From: Myxococcota bacterium
GTDB taxonomy: Bacteria > Myxococcota_A > Bradymonadia > UBA4248
DNA: 64,000 nucleotides
Direction: 5' to 3'
Assembly (NCBI GenBank): GCA_045599585.1
Contig: JAZRWH010000049.1
Coordinates: 1,510 to 65,509, forward strand
Below are positions 27,750 to 37,316 of the stretch, one piece after another (the stretch's first letter is position 1; every line of letters starts with the position of its first letter). A model generated the notes under the pieces. It saw nothing but the letters and a program-made list of their open reading frames with translations. It was not told the origin of the DNA and searched no databases. Made by a program: the position numbers and the translations under genes.

Positions 27750-29597
27750 ATGTCTTTGCATACCCCAACCAAAGCTCTTTTGGCGATCTGCGCGCTGTCA
27801 TTAGCGAGTTGCGGAACGTCAGCCAAAAATTCGTCGAATGCTTCAGAAGCAGCTTCACAAGATATTTGTGCTGCACCGACGCCCGTCAAACAGTTCCTGG
27901 ATCGCGCAAATGCAGATTTGAAACGCATTACGACGACCGACGAACAGATGAACTGGAAATATATGACTGATATCAACGATGAAACGGAAGCTGCCGTCAC
28001 TGCTTACGAAGAAAAAATGATGGCTGAACAATCCGCAATCATCGCAGAATCCCTGACGATCAATTTAGACGACGTAAAATGTGAAGATCAAAAACGTCAG
28101 CTCAAAGCGATCCAGACCAGCCCACTCCTTCCCCCACCCAAAGATCCTGCAAAGCAACAGCGTGCAGCCGAACTTTCGGCAAAACTTATGGGATACTATG
28201 GCGCAGCCAAATCTTGTGATGGCGATACATGCCGTGATCTTGGCGTACTTTCGCAAGTCGTAGATCACAGTACCGATGAAGCTGAGATTCGAAAGGCTTG
28301 GCTTGGCTGGCACAATGCGTTTGATACTCAAAAAAGTGCATACGTAGAATTCGTCTCTATCTCTAATGAAGGCGCTCGAGATATCGGTTACAACGATACT
28401 TCCGAACTTTGGCTCGCGGGTTACGATATGCCTTCCAAGGATTTTCAAGACGAAATCAATGCACTCTGGAATGACCTCAAACCGCTTTACGATGAACTTC
28501 ATTGTTATGTCCGTGCCAAACTTGGTGAGGTCTATGGCACAGATATTGTTCCCCAATCTGGCCCCATTCCAGCCCATCTTTTGGGCAACATGTGGGCACA
28601 AGAGTGGACAAACATTTATCCACTCGTCATGCCGTACAAAGACGCCCCAAATATCGATGCCACGCCCAAGATGGTAGAAAGTGGCATGACGCCGGTACAA
28701 TTATTTGAAACCGTCGAAAAGTTCTACACATCACTTGGTTTGCGCGACCTTCCTAAATCTTTCTGGACGAATTCCATGTTTGTTAAGCCAGAAGGCAAAG
28801 AAGTCGTCTGCCACGCCAGTGCCTGGGATCTCGATACCGAAGGCGATGTCCGCATTAAAATGTGCACAGATATAAATTATGATAATTTATTAACTGTTCA
28901 GCACGAGATGGGCCACATCTATTATTACTTATATTATAATCATCTTCCTTTTATATATCAAAATGGCGCCAATGATGGTTTCCATGAAGGAATTGGAGAC
29001 ACGATCACGCTTTCTGTTACGCCCAAATACCTTCATGACATTGGTCTTTTGGACGAAGTTTCTTCATCATACGAATCGACAATCAATCAGCAGATGCAAA
29101 GTGCACTTGAAAAAGTTGCCTTTCTGCCATTTGGTTTGCTCATCGACGAGTGGCGTTGGCGTGTCTTTGACGGCACAATTACACCTGAGAATTACAATGC
29201 TGGATGGTGGAAACTGCGCGAAGAGCTTCAAGGTGTAAAAGCTCCTGAACTGCGTGATGAATCCCATTTTGATGCTGGCGCCAAATATCATGTGCCAGGA
29301 AATACGCCCTATCTGCGTTATTTCATTGCGCGTATTCTTCAATTCCAATTCCATAAAGCGCTCTGCGAAGCTGCAGGCTTTAAAGGCCCACTTCACGAAT
29401 GCTCGATTTACGGCAGCAAAGAAGCTGGTGCAAAGCTCATGTCCATGCTTTCAAAGGGCGCTTCACAGCCTTGGCAAAAGACGCTTGAAGAAGTTACAGG
29501 ATCGCCCAAAATGTCTGCAGCCCCAATGCTTGAGTACTACGCCCCACTCATCGAATGGCTCAAAAAAGAGAATGCAGGACGAACTTGCGGTTATTAA
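27750..29597 (+). CDS. peptidase family M2 (angiotensin-converting-enzyme-like peptidyl-dipeptidase) lipoprotein
   Basis: Zinc site QHEMGHIYYY plus downstream FHEGIGD (HEXXH+E). Lipobox LSLASC. ATG 27750 lies 6 nt after GGAG. The ORF is open from 27738. Confidence 0.88.
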   Translation: MSLHTPTKALLAICALSLASCGTSAKNSSNASEAASQDICAAPTPVKQFLDRANADLKRITTTDEQMNWKYMTDINDETEAAVTAYEEKMMAEQSAIIAESLTINLDDVKCEDQKRQLKAIQTSPLLPPPKDPAKQQRAAELSAKLMGYYGAAKSCDGDTCRDLGVLSQVVDHSTDEAEIRKAWLGWHNAFDTQKSAYVEFVSISNEGARDIGYNDTSELWLAGYDMPSKDFQDEINALWNDLKPLYDELHCYVRAKLGEVYGTDIVPQSGPIPAHLLGNMWAQEWTNIYPLVMPYKDAPNIDATPKMVESGMTPVQLFETVEKFYTSLGLRDLPKSFWTNSMFVKPEGKEVVCHASAWDLDTEGDVRIKMCTDINYDNLLTVQHEMGHIYYYLYYNHLPFIYQNGANDGFHEGIGDTITLSVTPKYLHDIGLLDEVSSSYESTINQQMQSALEKVAFLPFGLLIDEWRWRVFDGTITPENYNAGWWKLREELQGVKAPELRDESHFDAGAKYHVPGNTPYLRYFIARILQFQFHKALCEAAGFKGPLHECSIYGSKEAGAKLMSMLSKGASQPWQKTLEEVTGSPKMSAAPMLEYYAPLIEWLKKENAGRTCGY

Positions 29598-29632
29598 CTG
29601 CTAACGTAAATATTTAGCATTCTATACAACAA

Positions 29633-29678
29633 GACTGCATCGCTTTTATATTTTCCAATCAACGATGCGGTCTTTTTT
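29633..29678 (+). terminator. intrinsic terminator after the M2 peptidase gene
   Basis: 10-bp stem GACTGCATCG/CGATGCGGTC (one G-T pair), followed by T6. Confidence 0.7.
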
Positions 29679-29921
29679 GATTTTTATTAGCACAAAATCG
29701 ATTAAATCAATATTCTTAAAATATTTCACTTAATCAAAGAATTCGCGACAGTATATAAGTAACACCAAAAACCGCGCCAACATAAAGCGAAATAAAGCTC
29801 CAATATAGAAATACGCGTCTATTTAATGTATAAGGCAATCGCTATTCAGGGCAAATGTGTGTTCTAAACGCACATTTCTGCAAAGCACAACCCCGGTAGC
29901 CCCTGAGATTAGGAGTCTTAA

Positions 29922-31589
29922 ATGATGAGTAGATGTCCGAAATACATTCTTTTTTGCGCAGCCATGCTCTTGTTTAGCGCCTGTGCAGAGTCCGGCGTAG
30001 CACCGTGTGACAATGAAAATCCTTGTGGAGGATGCACGACTATGAATTCCGCTCCTGGCGACAAATGTGGATATTGTGGTACATTTGTTTGCTACAGCGA
30101 GGAAGAAATCCGATGCATCGATCCAGGACAAAACGCGTGTGGTGGGTGTACACAGCTCTCACATATGCCAGGAGAAGCCTGCGACGGCGGATTATGGGTT
30201 TGCGAAGCGAATGGCACAATCTCATGCAAAGAAAACGTTCAGATCAATGCATGTGGCGGCACAGCCGTACTCCCATACGCCCCCAAAACGTCGTGTGGCG
30301 TATGCGGCGTTTACGAATGTGACGGTGTCGATAACATTGTCTGTAACGATCCGGGTAAAAATGAATGTGGAGGGTGCTCTGTACTCAAAAACGCCCCCGG
30401 AGACGCATGTGGTTCCGGCTGCGGATTCTACGTTTGCGACAGCAGTGAGTCACTCACATGCAATGATCTGGGACAAAATGCCTGCGACGGATGCAGCCAA
30501 TTGGAACATGAAGTTGGTTCTCCTTGTGGTGCCTGCGGGTTTTATGAATGCCAATCCACCGACGCTGTCACGTGCAACGACCCTGGACAAAACGCCTGTG
30601 GAGGCTGTGAACCCCTTATGGCTACTGTGGGAGATCGATGTGGTGACGGAGACTGCGCTTTTTGGACTTGTGATGGTCTGAACAATGTCGTTTGCGGAAA
30701 TGACGGCGCCAATGCATGTGGCGGTTGCGGCAAACTCGACCACGCCCCCGGGGATGCATGCAAAGGCGAGTATGCCTGCTGCACCTATGTTTGCGAAAAT
30801 GGCGAACTTGCAAAATACGACCGTGCCCCCAACGAATGTGGCGGCTGCGAAGTTCTCGATCATGCTCCCGGAAGCAAATGCAGCAACAACGCCAAATGGT
30901 CATGCGATTATAACGATCCCACACATAACACTGTTGTTTGCGAGTGTACCGAAAAGAATGAATGCGGCGGGTGTAACCTGGATGCTGCGCCGGTCGGCAC
31001 GAGTTGCTCATATTGTGGTTCCCAAAGAGGCAAAATCCTTTGCCAAGACAATGAACCCACGTGCCTCGACAATAATGAAACGATCGATACTGCCAAAAGT
31101 GATGGCATCGCTCACAAAGACGGTGATGATAATATCTATAAATTTACGGGCGTTCTTATCAATGATCTAGACATCGACTATTACACAACCCACGTCGATG
31201 ACGAGTTTTTTGCAATTCTTACACCCGAAATCTGGATCGCAAATGCCCCCGCCTATATGCGACTCTGTGTTTATATTCTTGAGGATCAGCTCGCGAACAA
31301 ATCGCCGTATACCCCCTATACCGGTTATACCAACTCTGGTAGCGGCAAAGATAGCAATGGCAACAAAATGACAGTCACTGCAAGCGAATCCGTCTTTGTA
31401 AAACTCAAAAACGGCAAGTCCGTGCCAGGATTCTGCTCTTTAAAAGTCGATGCAGGTACGCGCTATATGAAGATCGGCAGTTTGGCCAATTCATCAAGTA
31501 CCAATTCACTTACGATGTACGTCAGTGTCGATTCTATCGCCTCCCATTATAATACGTGCAGTTCCTATACGGTTAATTTCAAATTCTGA
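29922..31589 (+). CDS. lipoprotein with nine ~40-aa N(A/E)CGGC Cys-rich repeats and a C-terminal PPC-like beta domain
   Basis: AGGAG SD and lipobox LFSAC. Repeat unit: NACGGC..L...PG..CG.CG.Y.C.......C.D.G. The tail contains a DIDYYTTHV motif resembling pre-peptidase C-terminal domains. Confidence 0.88.
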   Translation: MMSRCPKYILFCAAMLLFSACAESGVAPCDNENPCGGCTTMNSAPGDKCGYCGTFVCYSEEEIRCIDPGQNACGGCTQLSHMPGEACDGGLWVCEANGTISCKENVQINACGGTAVLPYAPKTSCGVCGVYECDGVDNIVCNDPGKNECGGCSVLKNAPGDACGSGCGFYVCDSSESLTCNDLGQNACDGCSQLEHEVGSPCGACGFYECQSTDAVTCNDPGQNACGGCEPLMATVGDRCGDGDCAFWTCDGLNNVVCGNDGANACGGCGKLDHAPGDACKGEYACCTYVCENGELAKYDRAPNECGGCEVLDHAPGSKCSNNAKWSCDYNDPTHNTVVCECTEKNECGGCNLDAAPVGTSCSYCGSQRGKILCQDNEPTCLDNNETIDTAKSDGIAHKDGDDNIYKFTGVLINDLDIDYYTTHVDDEFFAILTPEIWIANAPAYMRLCVYILEDQLANKSPYTPYTGYTNSGSGKDSNGNKMTVTASESVFVKLKNGKSVPGFCSLKVDAGTRYMKIGSLANSSSTNSLTMYVSVDSIASHYNTCSSYTVNFKF

Positions 31590-31596
31590 TATTTTT

Positions 31597-31657
31597 CCGT
31601 GCCTATTTCGCTTCCGCGAAATACGGCACGGCGCTGCGCTATTTCATACGCGCAGCG
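31597..31657 (+). repeat. two tandem bare CTAT/ATACG hairpins (type B), followed by a T-run
   Basis: CCGTGCCTATTTCGC-TTCC-GCGAAATACGGCACGG and CGCTGCGCTAT-TTC-ATACGCGCAGCG, then TTTCCTTTTTTT. Probably doubles as the terminator of the upstream gene. Confidence 0.85.
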
Positions 31658-31823
31658 TTTCCTTTTTTTAATATCAGTTGCATAACACAGCATATATTAT
31701 TAAACGGCACTTTTTTAGTTTTTGCCATACAACAACGATTGTCATTCTAACAAATCAAAGTTATATTTCTCCTAGTCTTGATGTCATCGTATCTCGTTCA
31801 TCTTGATATCAAAGGGGATTCCA

Positions 31824-32702
31824 ATGAAAAGAATTTGTTTAATGATGATAGGACTCGCGTTGATCAGCTGCTCATCGCCAAAAGTCGCAGAAATACAGCC
31901 TCAATCAACCCAAGAAACCCAAACAGTGACACCCTCAAAAGATACAACATCGATTGAGACAGCAGAAAAACAGAATAAACAAGGAGAAGAAATTATGGCA
32001 AACTCAAGTATGACATTGGATGACCTCGGACACCAAATCGATAGCTTTAAAACAGTATCCGGTAAAACTATCACATTCCACTGCATCAAACATGGTTCAA
32101 TCCGCATCGATTTTGACGGCCTCGAATTTCACATTGACCCCGTCGCCAAACTAGATGCAAATGTTACAGATTACAGCAAATTTCCTAAAGCTGACTACAT
32201 CATTGTCACGCATGAACACTTCGATCACCTAGATCTTAACGCCATTTCCGACCTCAAAAAAGACGGTACTGTCATCATTACCAATAAAGCAAGTTCTGCA
32301 AAACTCGCTAATGCATCCATCATGTCCAATGGTGACAGCAAAACACTTCGCGACGATATACAGCTTGAAGCTGTGCCAGCTTATAACATCACCCCCGATC
32401 ATACCCAGTTCCATCCCAAAGGCAGAGACAATGGCTTTATCCTAACACTCGATGGATTAAGAGTTTACATCGCGGGTGATACAGAAGATATCGAAGAAAT
32501 GGCCAAACTTCATGATATTGATGTTGCCTTTATGCCTTGCAATCAGCCGTACACCATGACCCCCACACAATTGGCACACGCCGTCGATATGGTTAAACCC
32601 AAAGTTCTTTTCCCATACCACTACAGCAACACAGATATGTCCGAAGTTACCACAGTGCTGAAAGACAGCAACGCTGACGTTCGCATTCGCAACTATCAAT
32701 AA
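31824..32702 (+). CDS. MBL-fold metallo-hydrolase lipoprotein
   Basis: HEHFDH motif. Lipobox LISC. ATG 31824 follows AAGGGGA. The ORF-track start at 31803 is TTG. Confidence 0.85.
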   Translation: MKRICLMMIGLALISCSSPKVAEIQPQSTQETQTVTPSKDTTSIETAEKQNKQGEEIMANSSMTLDDLGHQIDSFKTVSGKTITFHCIKHGSIRIDFDGLEFHIDPVAKLDANVTDYSKFPKADYIIVTHEHFDHLDLNAISDLKKDGTVIITNKASSAKLANASIMSNGDSKTLRDDIQLEAVPAYNITPDHTQFHPKGRDNGFILTLDGLRVYIAGDTEDIEEMAKLHDIDVAFMPCNQPYTMTPTQLAHAVDMVKPKVLFPYHYSNTDMSEVTTVLKDSNADVRIRNYQ

Positions 32703-33028
32703 TTATGCATATTTAGTTATCTCAAAGATTGGTTGTGTCTTGCGTAATTCCTACAATAGATTACAATAATCAATGAACGCTTCGTCCAAAACAATATCTA
32801 TCCGTTTTTCTTTGTTTTGACTCAGCGCATTACGGCGTAAAAGCACAGCCAATCATTAAACAATTCACGTAAATGAAGAACCTGTTTTGCTATCATTGAG
32901 GCGTTGCAGGAAAACTTCCCCGTATAGGGATCGTTACTATTAGCCATTAGCTAATAGTAACGCAATAGGCATACAGAATACGATGTAGGATTGAATACAC
33001 TTTATCGAAATGCTTCGGTAATTTGTTC

Positions 33029-33445
33029 TTAGTATAAATAAAAATAGCTCGTATCCCCGAAGCTAAACACCTCTTTGCCACGCCCCCAATCATCTATGCA
33101 AGAAGCAGCAAATACGCCTATCGATCTGTTACAATCTTCTTGACAATCTAACATGCAGTTTTCCATGCAAAGACTATATTCGTTTTCTGCATAGCCAGCA
33201 CAAATTCGAGAACAGCTATCACAAACGCCTCTACTTAGACAGGCATTTTCTATTGCACGGTTGACATGTTTATTAACGTCACTCAACTCAACATCGTCAT
33301 CGAGGTCTATCCAAAAGAACGAAATCCCAGTAAGGATCTGATCATTATAATAACCAGCGATCTGACATTCGACTTGATTCTCTCCACACCCCATTAACAT
33401 TAACGCAGATAGCCCCAATCCAAACAAAAAGCCTAATTTTTTCAT
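33029..33445 (-). CDS. small Cys-rich lipoprotein, unknown function
   Basis: MKKLGFLFGLGLSALMLMGC lipobox. 13 Cys in 138 aa. Confidence 0.75.
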   Translation of the reverse strand: MKKLGFLFGLGLSALMLMGCGENQVECQIAGYYNDQILTGISFFWIDLDDDVELSDVNKHVNRAIENACLSRGVCDSCSRICAGYAENEYSLCMENCMLDCQEDCNRSIGVFAASCIDDWGRGKEVFSFGDTSYFYLY

Positions 33446-33457
33446 AGTACACTCCTC

Positions 33458-34279
33458 CTACTTAATGGGATCAAGATCAACCATAATCATGCTGTTGTAT
33501 GGCCCCATGACTTGACCGGGGTCGTAAATAACAGTGAAACCGTCTTTATCACAGCAACGTCGCAAGATATGACGAAAATTCTCTGCTTTAGGCTCTGAAC
33601 AATCTTTAATATCCGCATCTGTAACATCAATGCCAACTTCTGTTTTCATAATTCCAGGAAGCAAACGACGCGTTTCTTTAGAAAGATAATCAATCGAAAC
33701 CATCCCAGAAGCTATAAAATCATCAAGTCTGAGCCGCTTTCCTGTTTTACTGTCGAATGAAAACGTATAAACGTTAGAACTCGGATGCGCAAACCCAGAA
33801 ATAGTCCGATCAAAGAAAACATAAAAATCAATATTCTCTTTTGTTGCACGGAAATTCTTATACTGGATATCGACGGTCATATGATTGTCACTTTCAGCGA
33901 CCTCTTCGAAATCTTTGATTTCTTGATGAATGATACCATCAATTTCAGATTTTACGGCATCATCGATCGCCTGAATCCCGAAAGTCGGATAACTCCCCGA
34001 AAACTCGTAACGATCCTTCACAATTTTGACCGTCTGGCTCCCAACACTAAACCGAGACAAATCCACGTCAGCGACTTCTTTTGCGTTGTTCGCTTCGACA
34101 TTGACTGAGTCATCAGACTTGTTTGCTTCGTCTGTTTTCACTTCATCAGACTTGTTTGCTTCGTCAGACATAGGTAAGGCTTGAGATTCTGCCGTATCTG
34201 ATGACGTTGCTTTCGAACTACAGCCCGAAACCATAACACCAGTTAGAATAAGCCCTAAAACGAACTTTGATATTCTCAT
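33458..34279 (-). CDS. lipoprotein with a DUF3298/RsiV-like domain
   Basis: ATG 34279 follows GAGAGGGG. Lipobox VSGC. SGFAHPSSNVYTFSFDSKTGKRLRLDDF resembles the DUF3298 core (recalled). Confidence 0.75.
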   Translation of the reverse strand: MRISKFVLGLILTGVMVSGCSSKATSSDTAESQALPMSDEANKSDEVKTDEANKSDDSVNVEANNAKEVADVDLSRFSVGSQTVKIVKDRYEFSGSYPTFGIQAIDDAVKSEIDGIIHQEIKDFEEVAESDNHMTVDIQYKNFRATKENIDFYVFFDRTISGFAHPSSNVYTFSFDSKTGKRLRLDDFIASGMVSIDYLSKETRRLLPGIMKTEVGIDVTDADIKDCSEPKAENFRHILRRCCDKDGFTVIYDPGQVMGPYNSMIMVDLDPIK

Positions 34280-34323
34280 AAACCCCTCTCGTGATACCAT
34301 AATTTTCTTACTATATAAAATGG

Positions 34324-35598
34324 CTAAATTTTATATATTTCATTAGTAATTTGACCGCGCATTGAAGTTGGATCGTCAAACACTTTTGAGAAGCGCAGAT
34401 AATTCGTTGAATAACCACCAGCCGAAGAGGGACAACCCTCCTGCTTTGCATGGCTAGATTCCCAGAGAACAGGGTATGATCGACCTACAAATTTCTGTAG
34501 CTGTTCCTGAGCGATCTGAGAAATCAGAGCATCCGCCTCATTCCAACGCGCTTTTTTGACATCAGGCGCAATCTGATGAGGCATATCGTGGGCTATCGTT
34601 CCAGGTCGCGCAGAAAATCTAAAGAGATGCACGTCATCAAATCGTGCCGCGCGAATAAAATCGATGGTTTCTTGCCAATTATCTTCGGTTTCACCAGGAA
34701 ATCCAACAATTAAATCTGTCGAAATTCTAACGTCAGGAATATTTGCGCGCAGATTTTTGAGCAGTGAAAGGTAAGCTGGAATTGGCGTACGACGACGCAT
34801 TGCCGTTAAAACAGCATCACTCCCACTCTGTACGGGGATATGAAAATGTGGACAAAGACGCGGATTATCACACCACATGCGCCAAAGATCCTCGCGAATA
34901 TGCCAAGGTTCAATAGAACTCAATCGAATACGTTCGATCGTAGTCTGAGCAAGAATATCACGAATCAAATCGGGCAGACGGCGATCATTTTCCTTCCATG
35001 CGCCAAGCTGAACGCCGGTTAATATAATTTCTCGACACCCTCGAGAACTGTATGCATTAATATCATTTAAGATAGAAATCGTCGATTCGCTTCGTTCATG
35101 TCCTCTGGCGAGTCTGACAGAACAATAGGTACATTGATTGTTACATCCGTCTTCGATTTTTATAAAACCGCGCGTATGTGATTGGTAGGCAAGTACCTGC
35201 GCGTGCTGTTCAGAAAATAGATCTGCATGATCGACGATATACTGCGCAATCATATCGCCAGCTTTAGGTTTGTCATAACCGCGAATCATCAAAACTTCGG
35301 GCGGAATGAATTCTTCTGACTCACCTATTTCAAAAAAGTTCTCACCCTCTGGCATGAGATCAAGAGCACACCCCATGACCACAAGGCATTTTGGATTGTG
35401 CGCACACAGCTTACGCGCAATTTGTCTCGATTTACGCATCGCTTCAGTCGTTACGCTGCACGTATTGAGAAGAATGAGATCCGGGTTTTCTTCGAGACGC
35501 ACAACGATATGGCCTGAGCGCTCTAAAACGCGTGCAGTCTGCTCCAACTCGGCTTCATTCAGTCGACAGCCGAGTGCATGTAAAGCGATTGTTGCCAT
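34324..35598 (-). CDS. mtaB: radical-SAM methylthiotransferase, MtaB-like
   Basis: N-terminal GCRLNEAELE and CSVTTEA. Radical SAM motif GCNNQCTYCSV. C-terminal TRAM-like region. Confidence 0.8.
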   Translation of the reverse strand: MATIALHALGCRLNEAELEQTARVLERSGHIVVRLEENPDLILLNTCSVTTEAMRKSRQIARKLCAHNPKCLVVMGCALDLMPEGENFFEIGESEEFIPPEVLMIRGYDKPKAGDMIAQYIVDHADLFSEQHAQVLAYQSHTRGFIKIEDGCNNQCTYCSVRLARGHERSESTISILNDINAYSSRGCREIILTGVQLGAWKENDRRLPDLIRDILAQTTIERIRLSSIEPWHIREDLWRMWCDNPRLCPHFHIPVQSGSDAVLTAMRRRTPIPAYLSLLKNLRANIPDVRISTDLIVGFPGETEDNWQETIDFIRAARFDDVHLFRFSARPGTIAHDMPHQIAPDVKKARWNEADALISQIAQEQLQKFVGRSYPVLWESSHAKQEGCPSSAGGYSTNYLRFSKVFDDPTSMRGQITNEIYKI

Positions 35599-35685
35599 GT
35601 ATTATTTGCCTTTCTTATATTTAAAGCGTTACGATATCCACAAGGATACTATTTCTACAATTTCTAATAAAACTCCGTTTTTGTT

Positions 35686-37113
35686 TTATTCTACAGTTTT
35701 ACCCGCTTTAAGCATAGCCCGCTTCCAATCACTAAACTTCCCCCCTTGTCCAACAGCTTCAACAGCAATCGCCGCCATTTCAGGCCCTCCCTGCGCAAAA
35801 GCATGTTCAATAAAAGCCCATTTCGCCGAGACAGATCGAATCTCAGCTTTGCCTCGCAGTTTTTGCTGCAATCTTTTAATACGATTTTCAACGAGACGTA
35901 TGCCCGCGAAAGGCAAATTATCGAGCGGTGTATGTCTTTTAGATACGAAAGGACTCACGCCCAGACTTAATTTTAAACCGCCGAATCCCTCCGTCACAAA
36001 ACGCGCAAATTCGTCCATATCCTCGTCAGTTTCGCCCGGAAGTCCAATCATGACGTACATTTTAACACTCATATTACGATCGCGTGCAATGCGTCCTGCA
36101 CGAAGCAATTGTTCCTCCGTGACGTCTTTTGTGAGCATTGTTCGAAGCGCTTCAGTTGGGCCATCTGCAGCAATCGTCAACGTTTTAAGCCCAGATTGTG
36201 CGAGGAGATCAATGAGTGGTTCTGTAATGCGATCCGTTCGGAGACTAGCGAGTGAAACGAGGTGCCCTTCTGCGACCAGCCGCTCAACCATGGGAAGAAG
36301 CTCAGGATGATCCGAAACTGCAGCACCAACCAACCCCACTTTACGAACGTCTTTGGGCGTCATAGCACATACCGTATCTGCAGGAACGAGGCGCATACCC
36401 GCAGTTTCTTCGCGGCGCATGACGCAAAATTTGCATCGTCTGTGACAACCACGCTCGGATTCTATGAGAAACATATCGCCAAATTCTGTTTCTGGCGTAA
36501 GGATCTGGCTGACCGCAGGCAAACATGATTTATCAACAAAGCGGCATGGAGGAATTTTATCGCTCGTTTCTGGCGTCCAAACCTCTGGAATTTCTGAGGG
36601 AGCCGCATCTAAAAACAACTTTTTATGCGGAAATTTTCGATATACATCGCAGAATTTTTCAATCAGGCCCTCACCTTCCCCCAAGATCATACAATCTGCA
36701 ACGTCCTTGAGAGTATCCATATTTGAAAAGCTCAGAGGGCCACCGATCAGCACGAGCGGCGCATTGATATCACGTTCACGCGCAAACGGACTCAGCCCCA
36801 TTAACTTGAAGCATCGAATCAAATCAGGAATTTCGAGTTCATAGGCAATCGAAATTGCAATAATATCACAGTTTTGAATCGGTGTCTGGCTCTCATAACA
36901 CAGAATATTGCGTGCATTTTCAACATCGTCTGGCAAAAAAGCCCGTTGCGCACAAAAGTCTTCACAATCATTAAAAAGCTTGTAAATCACCTGCATTCCA
37001 AGCGAACTCATGCTCAAAAAATAATTGCTCGGTTTGAGAAGTCCTACGCGATACTTAGCATTTTTATAAATCGTACCGCGTTCGAGTTTAAGACGACGCG
37101 TTATTTCATTCAT
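35686..37113 (-). CDS. B12-binding-domain-type radical SAM protein (TIGR03960-like)
   Basis: CHRRCKFC CxxxCxxC motif. The N-terminal YRVGLLKPSNYFLSMSSLGMQVIYKLFN resembles that family (recalled). Confidence 0.8.
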   Translation of the reverse strand: MNEITRRLKLERGTIYKNAKYRVGLLKPSNYFLSMSSLGMQVIYKLFNDCEDFCAQRAFLPDDVENARNILCYESQTPIQNCDIIAISIAYELEIPDLIRCFKLMGLSPFARERDINAPLVLIGGPLSFSNMDTLKDVADCMILGEGEGLIEKFCDVYRKFPHKKLFLDAAPSEIPEVWTPETSDKIPPCRFVDKSCLPAVSQILTPETEFGDMFLIESERGCHRRCKFCVMRREETAGMRLVPADTVCAMTPKDVRKVGLVGAAVSDHPELLPMVERLVAEGHLVSLASLRTDRITEPLIDLLAQSGLKTLTIAADGPTEALRTMLTKDVTEEQLLRAGRIARDRNMSVKMYVMIGLPGETDEDMDEFARFVTEGFGGLKLSLGVSPFVSKRHTPLDNLPFAGIRLVENRIKRLQQKLRGKAEIRSVSAKWAFIEHAFAQGGPEMAAIAVEAVGQGGKFSDWKRAMLKAGKTVE

Positions 37114-37162
37114 AATCTTCCTATATATATAAATATTTATATGTATATTTTATATTTTAATT

Positions 37163-37236
37163 GCGGCCGCTATCCTCACGTTGTGAGGATACGCGTCTCG
37201 CTGCGCCCCTATTTGCCGTTGTCAAATACGGGTCGC
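37163..37236 (+). repeat. two tandem type B hairpins, forward
   Basis: GCGGCCGCTATCCTCAC-GTT-GTGAGGATACGCGTCTCGC and GCGCCCCTATTTG-CCGTTGT-CAAATACGGGTCGC. Confidence 0.8.
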
Positions 37237-37316
37237 ATTTTATTATATTTTAAAATAGATTCAAAAAACACCATTTTCAAGTAGAAAGCTCGTTTGTAGC
37301 ACGTCACACTATTATG

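Noticed and set aside
28065-28700. 211-aa minus-strand ORF
   Set aside because: It is antisense to the M2 peptidase gene, whose HEMGH/EGIGD motifs fix the real frame.
30023-31170. Cluster of 60-200-aa alternative-frame ORFs on both strands within the Cys-repeat gene
   Set aside because: They are generated by the repetitive GC-richer repeat DNA. Only the +1 frame from 29922 has a lipobox, an SD and the regular Cys spacing.
32925-32965. Perfect palindrome CGTTACTATTAGC-CATT-AGCTAATAGTAACG near a GGAAAACTTCCCC hairpin
   Set aside because: It contains CTAT/ATAG but lacks the diagnostic bulged C and the flanking consensus. It may be an unrelated palindrome or a weak bidirectional terminator between convergent genes.
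35306-36310. 334-aa plus-strand ORF
   Set aside because: It is antisense to, and spans the junction of, two well-supported radical-SAM genes (CxxxCxxC motifs on the minus strand). Its Ser/Arg/Pro-rich composition is typical of a shadow frame.
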